Assembly: GCA_017983435.1 (NCBI GenBank)
Contig: JAGOBM010000005.1
Span: 28,469-92,468 of the forward strand
Reading direction: 5' to 3'
Origin: Candidatus Moraniibacteriota bacterium
Lineage (GTDB): Bacteria > Patescibacteriota > Minisyncoccia > Moranbacterales > UBA1568
Length of the DNA: 64,000 nt
The translations under genes were made by a program, and so were the position numbers. Positions 46,118 through 55,348 of this stretch are shown piece by piece. The first letter of the stretch is position 1, and each line of letters begins with the position of its first letter. The notes under the pieces are model-generated. The model made no database searches, was not told the DNA's origin, and saw only the letters and a list, made by a program, of their open reading frames with translations.

Positions 46118-47875
46118 ATGGCAGATCTTAATGTACGTTCTGGGATTCACCGGAAAGAATCCAGTCCTTTGGATGGATTCGAGCAGAGACGTGGTCTCAA
46201 GCCGAGAACTCTGGTTCTCGGTCTGGTCCTGATTGTCGTCTCGCTTTTTGCCTGCTATCGCTTCGGCGTATTCGATGAGACCGTCTCGGCGCAAGCCCCG
46301 GTTGCCGTCGCGCAGGTAGTAACACCGGTTCCCGTCAGTGTAGCGCCGCCGCCATCGCCGTTGGTAGTGGCCAAAGAGCCCGCCTCAAGCGTTGCTCCGT
46401 CGCCGACCTTGATCGAGAAAAGCTATGTTGTCCAGTCGGGTGATACGCTCTCTCGCAAGTTCCCGAAAGATTGGAAAGCGGTCTGCGAGACGAATAGTCT
46501 CAAGGATTGCAGCCTGATCCGTGAAGGACGAGAGCTCAAACTGCCGGGAACGGTGGAAACGAGCCAGGTCGTCCGGAAGCCTGTCGAAAGACTGGCCGAC
46601 GGATCGCTGCCGATAGCCCGTCTCAATATCGACCCGTATCGCCCGTATGCCAGCGCCGCCAATGATCGCAAGATCCTGGCAGCCCAAGGCTATTCCGCCG
46701 CAGAGATCGAGGAATTCTCGACGCTCGTGGCGCAGGGTGGTTGTGTCGAAGAAATGTTTGCCAAGGGTACGCAGTTTCCGTGGATGTCGCATGGCAATGC
46801 CAAGGTCGTCAAAAGCCTGGTCGCCACGTGGCAGAAACCGGAAGCCGGTCGGGTGTGTCAGCTTTCGAGCGGTCGCACCATCGTCATACTCGAAAAGTGT
46901 GGCAATCTGACCGAAACAGCGGCTCGTCCCATCGTCGTCCCGAAGGAACCGGAACCTCAAGCAGAACCGGAACCTGAACCTGAAGATGCTCCGGTACTCC
47001 CGGTGCATGCCAAGGAGGGCGACGTCATCCCGTGCAATCTGCAGGCCGGTGCCGGTGTCTACCAGAATCGCGTCTACCAAGGCGCCTGGGGCTACGGTGA
47101 GGGTCTCTGCTATATCTTCAAGAACGGCGAGTGGCAACACGGACCGGGCTTCTATGCTATGGCAGGCGGAGGCGAATCGCGCATGTCTACCTATTCCAAC
47201 AAGGAAACAGGCTATGGTCTGCAGTACGGCATCCAGCGCAATTGGCTGGGTGATCGCGGTCCGGCGACCTTCGAATTGAAGGGACGTCTGCTCCGTGACC
47301 ATATGTGGGGATCGAACAAAGAAGGCTACTGGGTTGACCAGAAAGGCTACAAGTTCGGCCTCTACGGGTCGTATTACGAGCGTCATGGCGAGAATCTGGT
47401 CGGCGCAATCGGTGAATACTGGCAGAGCTTCGGTCAGACGGTCAAATCGTCTTGGTCGGGCCAACAAGTCCAGAATCGCGGCAGCGTGGGCGTCTATGGC
47501 GTCTACGAACACCCGCTTACCGAAGACAATGATTGGCGTCTGCGCTGGATCGCCGGGGTGAACTACACGAATTGGGATGAACAATCCTGGTTCCGCGTCA
47601 CTCCCGAGTTCCGCTACAAAGAATGGCTGATGTTCGGGCCGCAACTCTCGGTCCCGATCGGAATCAGCAGTCTCAATCAACCCTTGACCTCCGGTGATCT
47701 GACCACGGTCGGCGCGTTCGTTCGTGTCGAGCTGGGGACAGAAATCCGCAAGGCTGATGCCGAAAACAGGGAAGAGCAAGTCGAGTATGTACCGGCGGCT
47801 GAGGTAGCAATACCTATCCATCCGGTGACACTTATCGAAGCTCCGCCCGCAGAAGCTGTTGCGCCGGCTGAATAA
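46118..47875 (+). CDS. LysM-domain membrane protein with large uncharacterised C-terminal domain
   Basis: Cytoplasmic N-terminus, one TM, P/V/A linker, LysM-like YVVQSGDTLSRKF...LKLPG, then a 400-aa G/Y/W-rich domain; start trimmed to Met 46118 (GAAGGAGG RBS). Confidence 0.6.
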   Translation: MADLNVRSGIHRKESSPLDGFEQRRGLKPRTLVLGLVLIVVSLFACYRFGVFDETVSAQAPVAVAQVVTPVPVSVAPPPSPLVVAKEPASSVAPSPTLIEKSYVVQSGDTLSRKFPKDWKAVCETNSLKDCSLIREGRELKLPGTVETSQVVRKPVERLADGSLPIARLNIDPYRPYASAANDRKILAAQGYSAAEIEEFSTLVAQGGCVEEMFAKGTQFPWMSHGNAKVVKSLVATWQKPEAGRVCQLSSGRTIVILEKCGNLTETAARPIVVPKEPEPQAEPEPEPEDAPVLPVHAKEGDVIPCNLQAGAGVYQNRVYQGAWGYGEGLCYIFKNGEWQHGPGFYAMAGGGESRMSTYSNKETGYGLQYGIQRNWLGDRGPATFELKGRLLRDHMWGSNKEGYWVDQKGYKFGLYGSYYERHGENLVGAIGEYWQSFGQTVKSSWSGQQVQNRGSVGVYGVYEHPLTEDNDWRLRWIAGVNYTNWDEQSWFRVTPEFRYKEWLMFGPQLSVPIGISSLNQPLTSGDLTTVGAFVRVELGTEIRKADAENREEQVEYVPAAEVAIPIHPVTLIEAPPAEAVAPAE

Positions 47876-48000
47876 CGCCGGTGCGACAGGAATCGTCTGA
47901 TCAATCTCAGGTCTCTAAAAAGGGTATCCGCCAACGTGAAAACGCGCGAGATATCGGCCAGCTCTGAGAGAATGATTCCGCTTCGCAAGATGCAGATTTG

Positions 48001-48045
48001 AAGGGACGAGTTGCCAATGTGCAGCCCGTCCCTTTCACTTTTTCC
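48001..48045 (+). terminator. Terminator-like hairpin (aagggacg...cgtccctt + tcactttttcc)
   Basis: 8-bp stem followed by T-rich run, 125 nt downstream of the LysM gene. Confidence 0.5.
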
Positions 48046-48074
48046 GGTAAGGATTTCTGTGCAGGAGTTGATTC

Positions 48075-48161
48075 CAGCCGAGCTGCGAAAGTAGATTTTT
48101 TCCTTGCTATCGCCTCGGAAGTCTCGGGCATCAGAAAAAACCTACTTTCGCAGCTCGGCTG
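48075..48161 (+). repeat. Hairpin element copy B (perfect 20-bp stem cagccgagctgcgaaagtag / ctactttcgcagctcggctg around core ccttgctatcgcctcggaagtctcgggcatcag)
   Basis: The core differs from copy A at 2 of about 32 positions; the stem base cgaaagtagatttttt is shared, the outer 11 bp are unique to B. Confidence 0.8.
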
Positions 48162-48249
48162 AAACCCTCGGGCGTCGAAAGAAATCTCTTTTGGTCCAGA
48201 CTCAGTCGGAACATGTATTTTTTGGCTTTTTAGAGGGTATTTTGGACTC

Positions 48250-48278
48250 TTGACAAAAGAGGCGTTTAGGTGTACTAT
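48250..48278 (+). promoter_or_regulatory. Sigma-70 promoter TTGACA - 17 nt - TGTACTAT; upstream block ggactcttgacaaaa
   Basis: Consensus -35 with extended -10; the 15-mer ggactcttgacaaaa is identical at 55299-55313. Confidence 0.65.
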
Positions 48279-48396
48279 GGGGAGTCATCAATAAAAACAA
48301 GAGATGGCACAGGTTTCAAGTGTAGTACCTTAAGCGCTCGGTGATCCATCCGGGTCTCGAGCACATCGATTGCGCTTTTCTCAATAGGAGGTCATC

Positions 48397-48783
48397 ATGC
48401 GCAAATTGTTCTCTCTCTTCATTGCCTTCCTCGGTTTTGCTTCTTTGGTCCAGGCTGAAGTGTTCGCTGCCAACGGTGGTAGCATCACGGCTACCAAGCA
48501 GGGGGATGGCGTTCTTGTCACCGTCGAAGGATTTGCGGCCGCCAAGTTGGTCCATTTCCGCGGTCAAGGCGACAAGGATGGTTTCATTCATCCCGTTGCC
48601 ATGACCAATGGCAAGGCCGTGCTGGAAAACGTCGCCAAGTTCGGCGGCCGCTTCCAGGTGATGGACGCCAGTGGCAAGTGGCTCCTCATCACCCCGACGG
48701 GCAATCCCTACAAGATGGTCGGGGTTACCCAGGAATGTAAAAAATCCAACAAGGGCTGCGCCCTTGAGGTGACGCTGAAGTAG
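48397..48783 (+). CDS. Small secreted protein (128 aa, Sec signal peptide), hypothetical
   Basis: N-terminal MRKLFSLFIAFLGFASLVQA-EV signal; AGGAGG RBS. Confidence 0.55.
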   Translation: MRKLFSLFIAFLGFASLVQAEVFAANGGSITATKQGDGVLVTVEGFAAAKLVHFRGQGDKDGFIHPVAMTNGKAVLENVAKFGGRFQVMDASGKWLLITPTGNPYKMVGVTQECKKSNKGCALEVTLK

Positions 48784-48925
48784 CGTCTCTAACCCCGGAA
48801 ATCCAACTGGATTTCCGGGGTTGACTTTTTTATATAAAAAGAGTATAATAATAAGTCAGCATCGTGCCGATTTTCGCTCACGAGCCGACAAGTACCTGAT
48901 CAACTTTTTTCGAGAGGAGGACGCC

Positions 48926-49828
48926 ATGCGCGCCTGGATCATAGCTGTATTAATTTCGATATTCCTGTCCGGGTGTACGACGCTCGGATCTAACAAGGTC
49001 GCATTGGCCACCGATGACGGACAGAAGATTGAAAAGACCGTCGATCCCATCGGTTTTGTCGGAGTACAGTGGACGGATAATCTGCGTGATGGCCGCTACC
49101 GCGCCTATCTCGCCGCTTTCCCTCCCGAGCTCTTTGCTGAGTTTCATCCGCTGCGTGTCCGCTATCAGGCGCTCGCGTATGGTGAGACGACCGGCAAAGA
49201 ATATCCGGCGCAGGCGCTCTATGTCGGCTATGCCGATTGCGCGCTCCGAGTCATCTTCATTGTCGAAGGCGATCCGGATGAGCCGATCATCGGTGCGCTA
49301 GCCACCACTCGTTTCACCAAGGTGTTTTCACTCCGCGGTGATCCGGTCTCGACCAAGACGCCTGAGAAGCTCGTGTCTGATGCGAAGTATCGCAGAGAGG
49401 CCGTGCTCGAAGGCGGTACCGATCTCAAGCGTCTCAAGGTCGTCCCACATCAAGGGACGAGCGGTCTCCAGAAGATATTCTCTTCCTGGGGTATCGCCCG
49501 AGTCGCCGGTCTGCCTGACCAGGTGACACCGCTCAATGAGCGTTCCGTCCGCAGCGTGGCCCGTGATAATCCGGAACTTTCTTTCCACGAAAAAGTTATC
49601 GGCAACGGGCATTTCGCTCTCTCGATGAGCTGGTTTTCCATCGCTATGGGAGCCGCTCAGGACGTGTTGGTTTCCGCCAATGCCACCGACAAAGGCTGGG
49701 ATGAACAATCCGAGCTGAAGCGGGGATATCAGGGGTTGATCGCTCAAGTCGTCGCCGCCCAATATCAGGCAGCGATCGATGCGGGCATGATCTGCCGCGG
49801 ACGTCCCACCGTGACGGTGAAGAAGTAG
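48926..49828 (+). CDS. Lipoprotein, hypothetical (300 aa)
   Basis: Lipobox FLSGC after a basic N-terminus; GAGAGGAGG RBS; start trimmed to Met 48926. Confidence 0.55.
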   Translation: MRAWIIAVLISIFLSGCTTLGSNKVALATDDGQKIEKTVDPIGFVGVQWTDNLRDGRYRAYLAAFPPELFAEFHPLRVRYQALAYGETTGKEYPAQALYVGYADCALRVIFIVEGDPDEPIIGALATTRFTKVFSLRGDPVSTKTPEKLVSDAKYRREAVLEGGTDLKRLKVVPHQGTSGLQKIFSSWGIARVAGLPDQVTPLNERSVRSVARDNPELSFHEKVIGNGHFALSMSWFSIAMGAAQDVLVSANATDKGWDEQSELKRGYQGLIAQVVAAQYQAAIDAGMICRGRPTVTVKK

Positions 49829-49923
49829 GCAGGATAAGCGCGGATCCCTTGGAATCATCAGGGTATCCGCGCATTTTTTTTACACAAAAGATCAAGGTCA
49901 TGCTATCGTAAAAGCGTATCAGT

Positions 49924-51408
49924 ATGTCTTCATATCTCGTCAATACATTCCGTTCATCTTTCACGCCTGATATGCGTGCGTTTGCGGTGCTCTGTATCGC
50001 GTATGCGCTGTTCGGACTAGCTCGGATCGCGTTCGGATATGTGCCGGGCTTCCTGATTTTCTTGGCCCCGGTCTTCCTCATCGTGCCACTCGTCCGGCCC
50101 AAGGCCGGGCTGTGGGCGATCATCACTCTGACGATTCTGTTCGAGCGTTTCTTCACGTTGGAGCCGTTTCAGTTCGGTCGCTATGTGCTCAAGCTCTATC
50201 CGATCGATCTGGTCTTGCTTGGGGTGTTCGGAGGCGTGATCGCTTCTATCGTGTTTCGCCGGACAGCCGCGTATTTCGATCGGACGATCGGTATGCTCGG
50301 CGTATTCTTCGGTATCGCGAGCCTGTATCTCGCGGCGAGCTTCCTCGGGTTCGGTGATCGCGATCTCGCGGTCGCGGTGAGCACCTGGAAGAATTATGTC
50401 TTCTATGGACTCCTGGCCTGCGTGCTGCCGCAGCTCTTCATTTCGGAGCAAGATATCCGTCAGACGGTCCGGGTATTCTTGGTATCGGTGGCGGCCGCGC
50501 TCGTCTTCCTCCTGATCGGCATCCTCCGAGGCGGGGGGCTTTGGACGGAATTCACGCCGCTCTCGACCGGCGGGGTCCGGCTGCTCGCGTTTCCCCATGC
50601 TTTCTATTTCTCGATCGCTCTCCTCGCTCTCCTCGTGTCGAACGATTACTGGGATCCGTATAAGCGGAGCGGATTCGTCTGGATGCTGCTCGGATTGCTC
50701 GCATTCGGTATCCTGTCTTCGCTCATGCGGCATATCTGGATCGGCATGTTTGTGTCGCTCGCTTTCGCTTTTGTCTTCTTCATGCGGCACGAGGCTCGGC
50801 AGAAGATGGCGGCGCTCTCATTTGTCGCGCTCGGTATCGGGACGGCACTTTTCTCGGTAGCGCTCGTCTTCGCGACGCTCTTCCCGACGCTCGGTCCGAG
50901 CCAATCGATCCAGGCGATACAGGGGGTGGTAGCGGAGCGCTTGGTCTCTATCGGCAGCTCATCGGATACGAGTATTTCCTGGCGAGGGACGACGTGGAAG
51001 AGCGCGATCGATGAGATCGAGAAGCATCCGATCACCGGCGCCGGATTCGGCCGGCATGTCGCGGTGGAATCGGGCGACTATCATGACTTCGTCGAGGTGC
51101 GGAATATCCATAATTCTTGGCTGGCTGTATTCGTCCAGATGGGATTCATCGGCGGTCTCGCCTTCATTGGCGTTTTTGGAATCATCGCACTGTCTCTCAT
51201 TCGGCTGCCAGCCTATGGGACCTGGCAGTGTGCCTTCCGAGCGGCGCTGCTCGCTCTCCTCGCGTATGAGGCGCTCTTGATGCTCGCGCAGCCGTATCTC
51301 GAGACCAATCTGCTCAATGTCATCATCTGGATGACGATCGGATTCTCGATCGCACTCTGCCGGGTCACGCGGACAAATCCGACGATGGCCGCATCATCCG
51401 TCCGCTGA
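49924..51408 (+). CDS. O-antigen ligase / Wzy-type polymerase family membrane protein
   Basis: About 12 TM helices; Wzy_C-like periplasmic loop motif HNSWLAVFVQMGFIGGLAF typical of the O-antigen ligase (PF04932) family. Confidence 0.8.
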   Translation: MSSYLVNTFRSSFTPDMRAFAVLCIAYALFGLARIAFGYVPGFLIFLAPVFLIVPLVRPKAGLWAIITLTILFERFFTLEPFQFGRYVLKLYPIDLVLLGVFGGVIASIVFRRTAAYFDRTIGMLGVFFGIASLYLAASFLGFGDRDLAVAVSTWKNYVFYGLLACVLPQLFISEQDIRQTVRVFLVSVAAALVFLLIGILRGGGLWTEFTPLSTGGVRLLAFPHAFYFSIALLALLVSNDYWDPYKRSGFVWMLLGLLAFGILSSLMRHIWIGMFVSLAFAFVFFMRHEARQKMAALSFVALGIGTALFSVALVFATLFPTLGPSQSIQAIQGVVAERLVSIGSSSDTSISWRGTTWKSAIDEIEKHPITGAGFGRHVAVESGDYHDFVEVRNIHNSWLAVFVQMGFIGGLAFIGVFGIIALSLIRLPAYGTWQCAFRAALLALLAYEALLMLAQPYLETNLLNVIIWMTIGFSIALCRVTRTNPTMAASSVR

Positions 51409-51415
51409 TACGTAT

Positions 51416-52612
51416 ATGAAAATACTGGAGGTCAATAAATTCTTTTTTGAGAAGCGCGGCGCCGAGCGGCACTTCTTCGACCTGTGCCGGCTGCTGGAGC
51501 GACGGGGCCACGAGGTGGCAGTGTTTGCGATGCGGCATCCGGAAAATACACCTTCGCTGTGGGAAAAGTATTTCCTGTCGCAGGTCGGCTACAACCCGGG
51601 CGATTCGGATCTCCGGGCCAAGCTCATCGGCATCGGCCGGCTGTTCTGGTCATGCGAAGCGCGGACGAAGATGCGAGCGCTGCTCCACGACTTCGCTCCG
51701 GATATTGTGCACGTACACAATGCCTACCATCAGCTCTCCCTCGCTTTTTTTCCACTGATACGGGAAGCGGGCGTACCGCTCATCCTGACCGCGCATGATT
51801 ATGCGGCCGTATCACCGGACAAGGATGCTTACTATCCGGAGGTCGGCCGACAGTATTGGCGATTCCTCCGTATCCGGAAATACAGTCTCGGCAAGCGTCT
51901 TCTCTTGGTGCTGAAAAAATACTGGGAGGACCTCGCCGGTTTCTATACGGCTGTCGATCGCTTCATCGTCCCGAGCCGATTCGTCGCCCAGACATTCGAA
52001 GCGGCCGGCATCAATAGGGAGCGCATCGTGGTTATGCCGCACTTCATCGCGGCAGAGCGAGTGTCGGCTATCGCATTGACGGATATCGTCCTTCCGGAGC
52101 GCTTCATCCTGTATTTCGGAGCGATGACCGAAGGGAAAGGCGTACAGGAGCTCTCCGGTATCGCATCACGTGTCGGTCTGCCACTGGTCGCGGCCGGACG
52201 TATCGATGCGGGCTTCGACCAGGCGAGCTGCCCAGGGACACTGTTCATCGGGCCTCGGACACCGGGCGAGCTCTGTTTCCTGATCGAGCACGCCACCTGC
52301 GTCGCGAGTGCCTCGAGCTTGGCGGAGACATTCGGCCTGACCGCGCTCGAGACAATCGCGCTCGGTAAGCCGTTCTTCGCGCTCGCGAGCGGAGCGGTGC
52401 CAGAAATGATCCACAACGGAATCAACGGGTATGTCGCCGCCGATATCACAGAACTTGAAACGCTGATACGCGGATTCATAGATGGTACGCGCACCGTCGC
52501 TCCAGCAGAGAATATCGTGAGCGCTGCCCGCGCTACCTACGGCGCCGATCGCTATGCCGATCGCTTCGAAAGTTTGGTGAAGGAATTACGACAGGCCTTC
52601 TCGAATTTTTAA
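51416..52612 (+). CDS. Glycosyltransferase family 1 (GT4)
   Basis: MKILEVNKFFFEKRGAERHF N-terminus; GT-B C-terminal domain. Confidence 0.85.
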   Translation: MKILEVNKFFFEKRGAERHFFDLCRLLERRGHEVAVFAMRHPENTPSLWEKYFLSQVGYNPGDSDLRAKLIGIGRLFWSCEARTKMRALLHDFAPDIVHVHNAYHQLSLAFFPLIREAGVPLILTAHDYAAVSPDKDAYYPEVGRQYWRFLRIRKYSLGKRLLLVLKKYWEDLAGFYTAVDRFIVPSRFVAQTFEAAGINRERIVVMPHFIAAERVSAIALTDIVLPERFILYFGAMTEGKGVQELSGIASRVGLPLVAAGRIDAGFDQASCPGTLFIGPRTPGELCFLIEHATCVASASSLAETFGLTALETIALGKPFFALASGAVPEMIHNGINGYVAADITELETLIRGFIDGTRTVAPAENIVSAARATYGADRYADRFESLVKELRQAFSNF

Positions 52613-52830
52613 GAAGAACTTCTAGTCAGCCACTTCTAAAAAATATCGTCCCCCTCCCGTCAAGCTATCCCTTCGGGAGTCTCTCGTCCGTCCAGCGACG
52701 GACTTCATTGCGTGAAATCCAAGTCATCCGTCATTCTGACGGAACCATGCTGACTTGGCTTTCAAGCCTCCCGAAAAGATACTTGAGGAAGAGGGACTGG
52801 GTTACTGGTATTTTTTTGTTTGGTGTTTTT

Positions 52831-53017
52831 AGACCCTTTCCCGCAAAGAATTTTGCACCATGTCGCTTTCAAGTCGGAAACCGTTTCCGACACGAGCGCC
52901 GCTAGAAAATTTCCGTGACGCGAGCGTAGTCGTAGCTGGACAGGAAATTTCATCGGCGTGACGTTGGAAAACGGTCGACTGAAAGTGCGGGGCAAAATTC
53001 TTTGCGGGAAAGGGTCT
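52831..53017. repeat. 187-bp MITE-like palindromic element with perfect 26-bp terminal inverted repeats (agaccctttcccgcaaagaattttgc)
   Basis: TIR 52831-52856 is the exact reverse complement of 52992-53017; the interior is itself a nested set of inverted and direct repeats (for example gtcggaaaccgtttccgac); no ORF. Confidence 0.7.
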
Positions 53018-53084
53018 GAGAACTGATAAAAATACCAAGAACTTCATCAGGATTTTGACTGTGTCCTCAGACAATAAAAAAACT

Positions 53085-53122
53085 ACCGGCGTGAGAACTG
53101 GTAGTTTTTTTATCTGCAAAAG
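53085..53122. terminator. Bidirectional terminator (aaaaaaactaccggcgtgagaactggtagttttttt)
   Basis: 6-bp stem with symmetric A-run and T-run; serves the convergent ACS gene. Confidence 0.7.
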
Positions 53123-53128
53123 AAACAG

Positions 53129-55249
53129 CTAGTCGGCTTCGATGCGGATGCGGGCATCGAGGGTGCGGAAGTCTTCGGCGTGTTCAAAAGCGAGCAGCGG
53201 GTTGATGTCGAGCTCAGCGATTTCGGGGAAGTCAGTCGCGATGCGGGCCAGGCGGCCGATGGCATCGATGATCGCCTCGCGGTCCACACCGGCTTGGCCG
53301 CGCGCTCCTTCGAGGAGCGGATAGCTTTTGAGCTCACGGAGCATGGCCTCGGCATCCTCGCGGGTGAGGGCCTCGGCGAAGCGGAAGCTGGCATCCTTGA
53401 AGACTTCGACGAAGATCCCGCCGAGTCCGATCATGATCAAGGTACCGAGCCCCGGCTCTTTCTTGAGACCGAGTATGAGCTCGAGGCCGCTTTTTTCGGC
53501 CATTTCGACGACGAGTGCTCCTTCGAGCCGGGCCTCCGGGACACGGGCTCTGACAGTCGCCATGAGCTCGTCATAGGCCTGATCGGCGTGCTCCGGATCG
53601 ATGCCGAGCAGGACACCACCAGCATCTGATTTATGAGTGATGTCTGGTGAGACGATTTTGAGGACAACTGGCTTACCGATCTTCTGTGCCGCAGCGAGCG
53701 CCGACTCCCGTGAAGTGACGACCTGATGCGAGAGGAAGCGGAATCCGTAGGCGGAGAGTATGCGCATGCAGTCGGCTTCGGGGATCTGCAGCTGATTGTT
53801 TTTCCGGGCAGCTTTGATGGTCTTGCGAGCGACCGCGGTATCGATATCCGGAAAATCAAAAGGAGTGGTGCCGAGCTCGGTGCGCCAGCGCGAGACCTGA
53901 GCGAGATGGCCGAGCGTCCGGGCGGCGGCTTCCGGCGAGCGGAGAGCGGCTACCTGATGATTTTCGAGGAAGGCTTTGGCAGAGCCGAAAGACTGATCAC
54001 CTGAGAGCGAGACGATGATCGGCTTGGTAGGGAATCGGTCGCGGGCCGAAGCGATCGCCTCAGCGGTCTTGTCGGCTTCAGTCATGGCCTGGGGAGTGAT
54101 GATGACGAGCAGCATATCGACGTTCGGATCGGCGAGTGCCGTATCGAGCGAGCGCTCGTAGCGATCGGCATGCGCATCGCCGAGGACATCGATAGGATTG
54201 TGACTATTGGCAGCGGCCGGCAAGAAGGATTGGAACATCGCGATGGTTTCCGGTGCCAGGATCGCGAGCTCGAGTCCTTGGCTGACACAGGCATCGGTAG
54301 CCATGACACCGAGTCCGCCGGCGTTGGTCAGGATCGCGACGCGGTTGCTTTCGGGGAGAGGGTTCTTGGAGAAGACTTCGAGCGCGGCGGTGAGCTCTTC
54401 CAGGCCATCGACGCGGATGATACCCGCTTGTCGGAAGAGGGCTTCATAGGCAGCGTCGCTGCCGGCCAGTGCGCCGGTGTGCGAGGAGGAGGCCGCCGTA
54501 CCGGCCGCGGTCTTGCCGGACTTGAGCGCGACGATCGGCTTGGGTTCAGCACGGCGGAGTATCGCCCGGCCGGTATCGATGAGACCTTTCGCGTCGGAGA
54601 GGTCTTCGGAATAGAAACCGATAGTCTTGGTCGTCGCATCAGCCGCGAAGAAGCGGAGCAGGTCGTTTTCTTGGAGCATGGCCTTGTTGCCGGTGCTGAC
54701 GCAGATCCGATAGCCGAGCCGTCGGCCGCTCATATCGAGGAGCGCGGTGAGGAGCGCTCCGCTCTGAGAGAAGAAAGCGATCGGGCCGGCCTCGGGGAGC
54801 GTCTTGGCAAATGAGGCATTGAGATGATCGTGCGGCGCGAGAAAGCCGAGACAATTGGGACCGAGCAGGGTGATGGAATATTCGGAGGCGATACGGAGAA
54901 CTTCCTCTTCGAGCGCTTTGCCTGGGGCACCGGTCTCCTTGAAGCCGGCGGAAATAATGGCGGCTGCAGGGATCTGTTTCTTGCCGCATTCGCGGAGCAC
55001 AGCCGGGACGATAGCCGCGGGTACGGCGATGACGGCGAGGTCGACGGATCCTTCGATGGCGAGGACGGACGGGAAGCACGGCTTGCCGAAGAGTTCGGTT
55101 GCCTTGGGATTGATTGGATAGCTGGCGCCGGAGAATTGCTCGATGATATTTTTGGCGAGAGTCCAGCCGACGCTGCCTTCCTGGGTCGAGGCGCCGATGA
55201 TAGCGATGGACTGGGGTCGGAACAGGGTGGAAAGTTGCATAAAACGCAT
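53129..55249 (-). CDS. Acetyl-CoA synthetase (ADP-forming), fused alpha-beta (NDP-forming acyl-CoA synthetase, ACD)
   Basis: 706 aa; N-terminal CoA-binding Rossmann (IAIIGAS...), succinyl-CoA-synthetase-like flavodoxin domain, C-terminal ATP-grasp beta part (KSDAGGV...). Confidence 0.9.
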   Translation of the reverse strand: MRFMQLSTLFRPQSIAIIGASTQEGSVGWTLAKNIIEQFSGASYPINPKATELFGKPCFPSVLAIEGSVDLAVIAVPAAIVPAVLRECGKKQIPAAAIISAGFKETGAPGKALEEEVLRIASEYSITLLGPNCLGFLAPHDHLNASFAKTLPEAGPIAFFSQSGALLTALLDMSGRRLGYRICVSTGNKAMLQENDLLRFFAADATTKTIGFYSEDLSDAKGLIDTGRAILRRAEPKPIVALKSGKTAAGTAASSSHTGALAGSDAAYEALFRQAGIIRVDGLEELTAALEVFSKNPLPESNRVAILTNAGGLGVMATDACVSQGLELAILAPETIAMFQSFLPAAANSHNPIDVLGDAHADRYERSLDTALADPNVDMLLVIITPQAMTEADKTAEAIASARDRFPTKPIIVSLSGDQSFGSAKAFLENHQVAALRSPEAAARTLGHLAQVSRWRTELGTTPFDFPDIDTAVARKTIKAARKNNQLQIPEADCMRILSAYGFRFLSHQVVTSRESALAAAQKIGKPVVLKIVSPDITHKSDAGGVLLGIDPEHADQAYDELMATVRARVPEARLEGALVVEMAEKSGLELILGLKKEPGLGTLIMIGLGGIFVEVFKDASFRFAEALTREDAEAMLRELKSYPLLEGARGQAGVDREAIIDAIGRLARIATDFPEIAELDINPLLAFEHAEDFRTLDARIRIEAD

Positions 55250-55304
55250 TTTTCTTAGAGAATAAGCAGTCCGTCTCTCCTATTGTACCCTGAGGAATGG
55301 ACTC

Positions 55305-55333
55305 TTGACAAAAAATTGTTTATTTGCTATTAT
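55305..55333 (+). promoter_or_regulatory. Sigma-70 promoter TTGACA - 17 nt - TATTAT with upstream block ggactcttgacaaaa
   Basis: Consensus spacing; identical 15-mer to the 48244 promoter. Confidence 0.65.
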
Positions 55334-55348
55334 ATTATGTTTTAATAG

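Noticed and set aside
45990-46129. 39-codon upstream ORF (MRQFRLWITHRW...) with AAAGGAG RBS before the LysM gene
   Set aside because: Overlaps the real start and RBS of the 46118 CDS in another frame; no conservation evidence; likely chance ORF
46385-47821. 478-aa minus-strand ORF
   Set aside because: Antisense to the LysM-protein gene; R/D/A-rich translation without domain structure
47925-48000. Possible TPP riboswitch (sequence gctctgagagaatgattcc resembles the CUGAGA box)
   Set aside because: Lacks the GGGGUGC and ACCUGAUC/UAAU elements of the THI-box; downstream gene is a small secreted protein, not a thiamine gene
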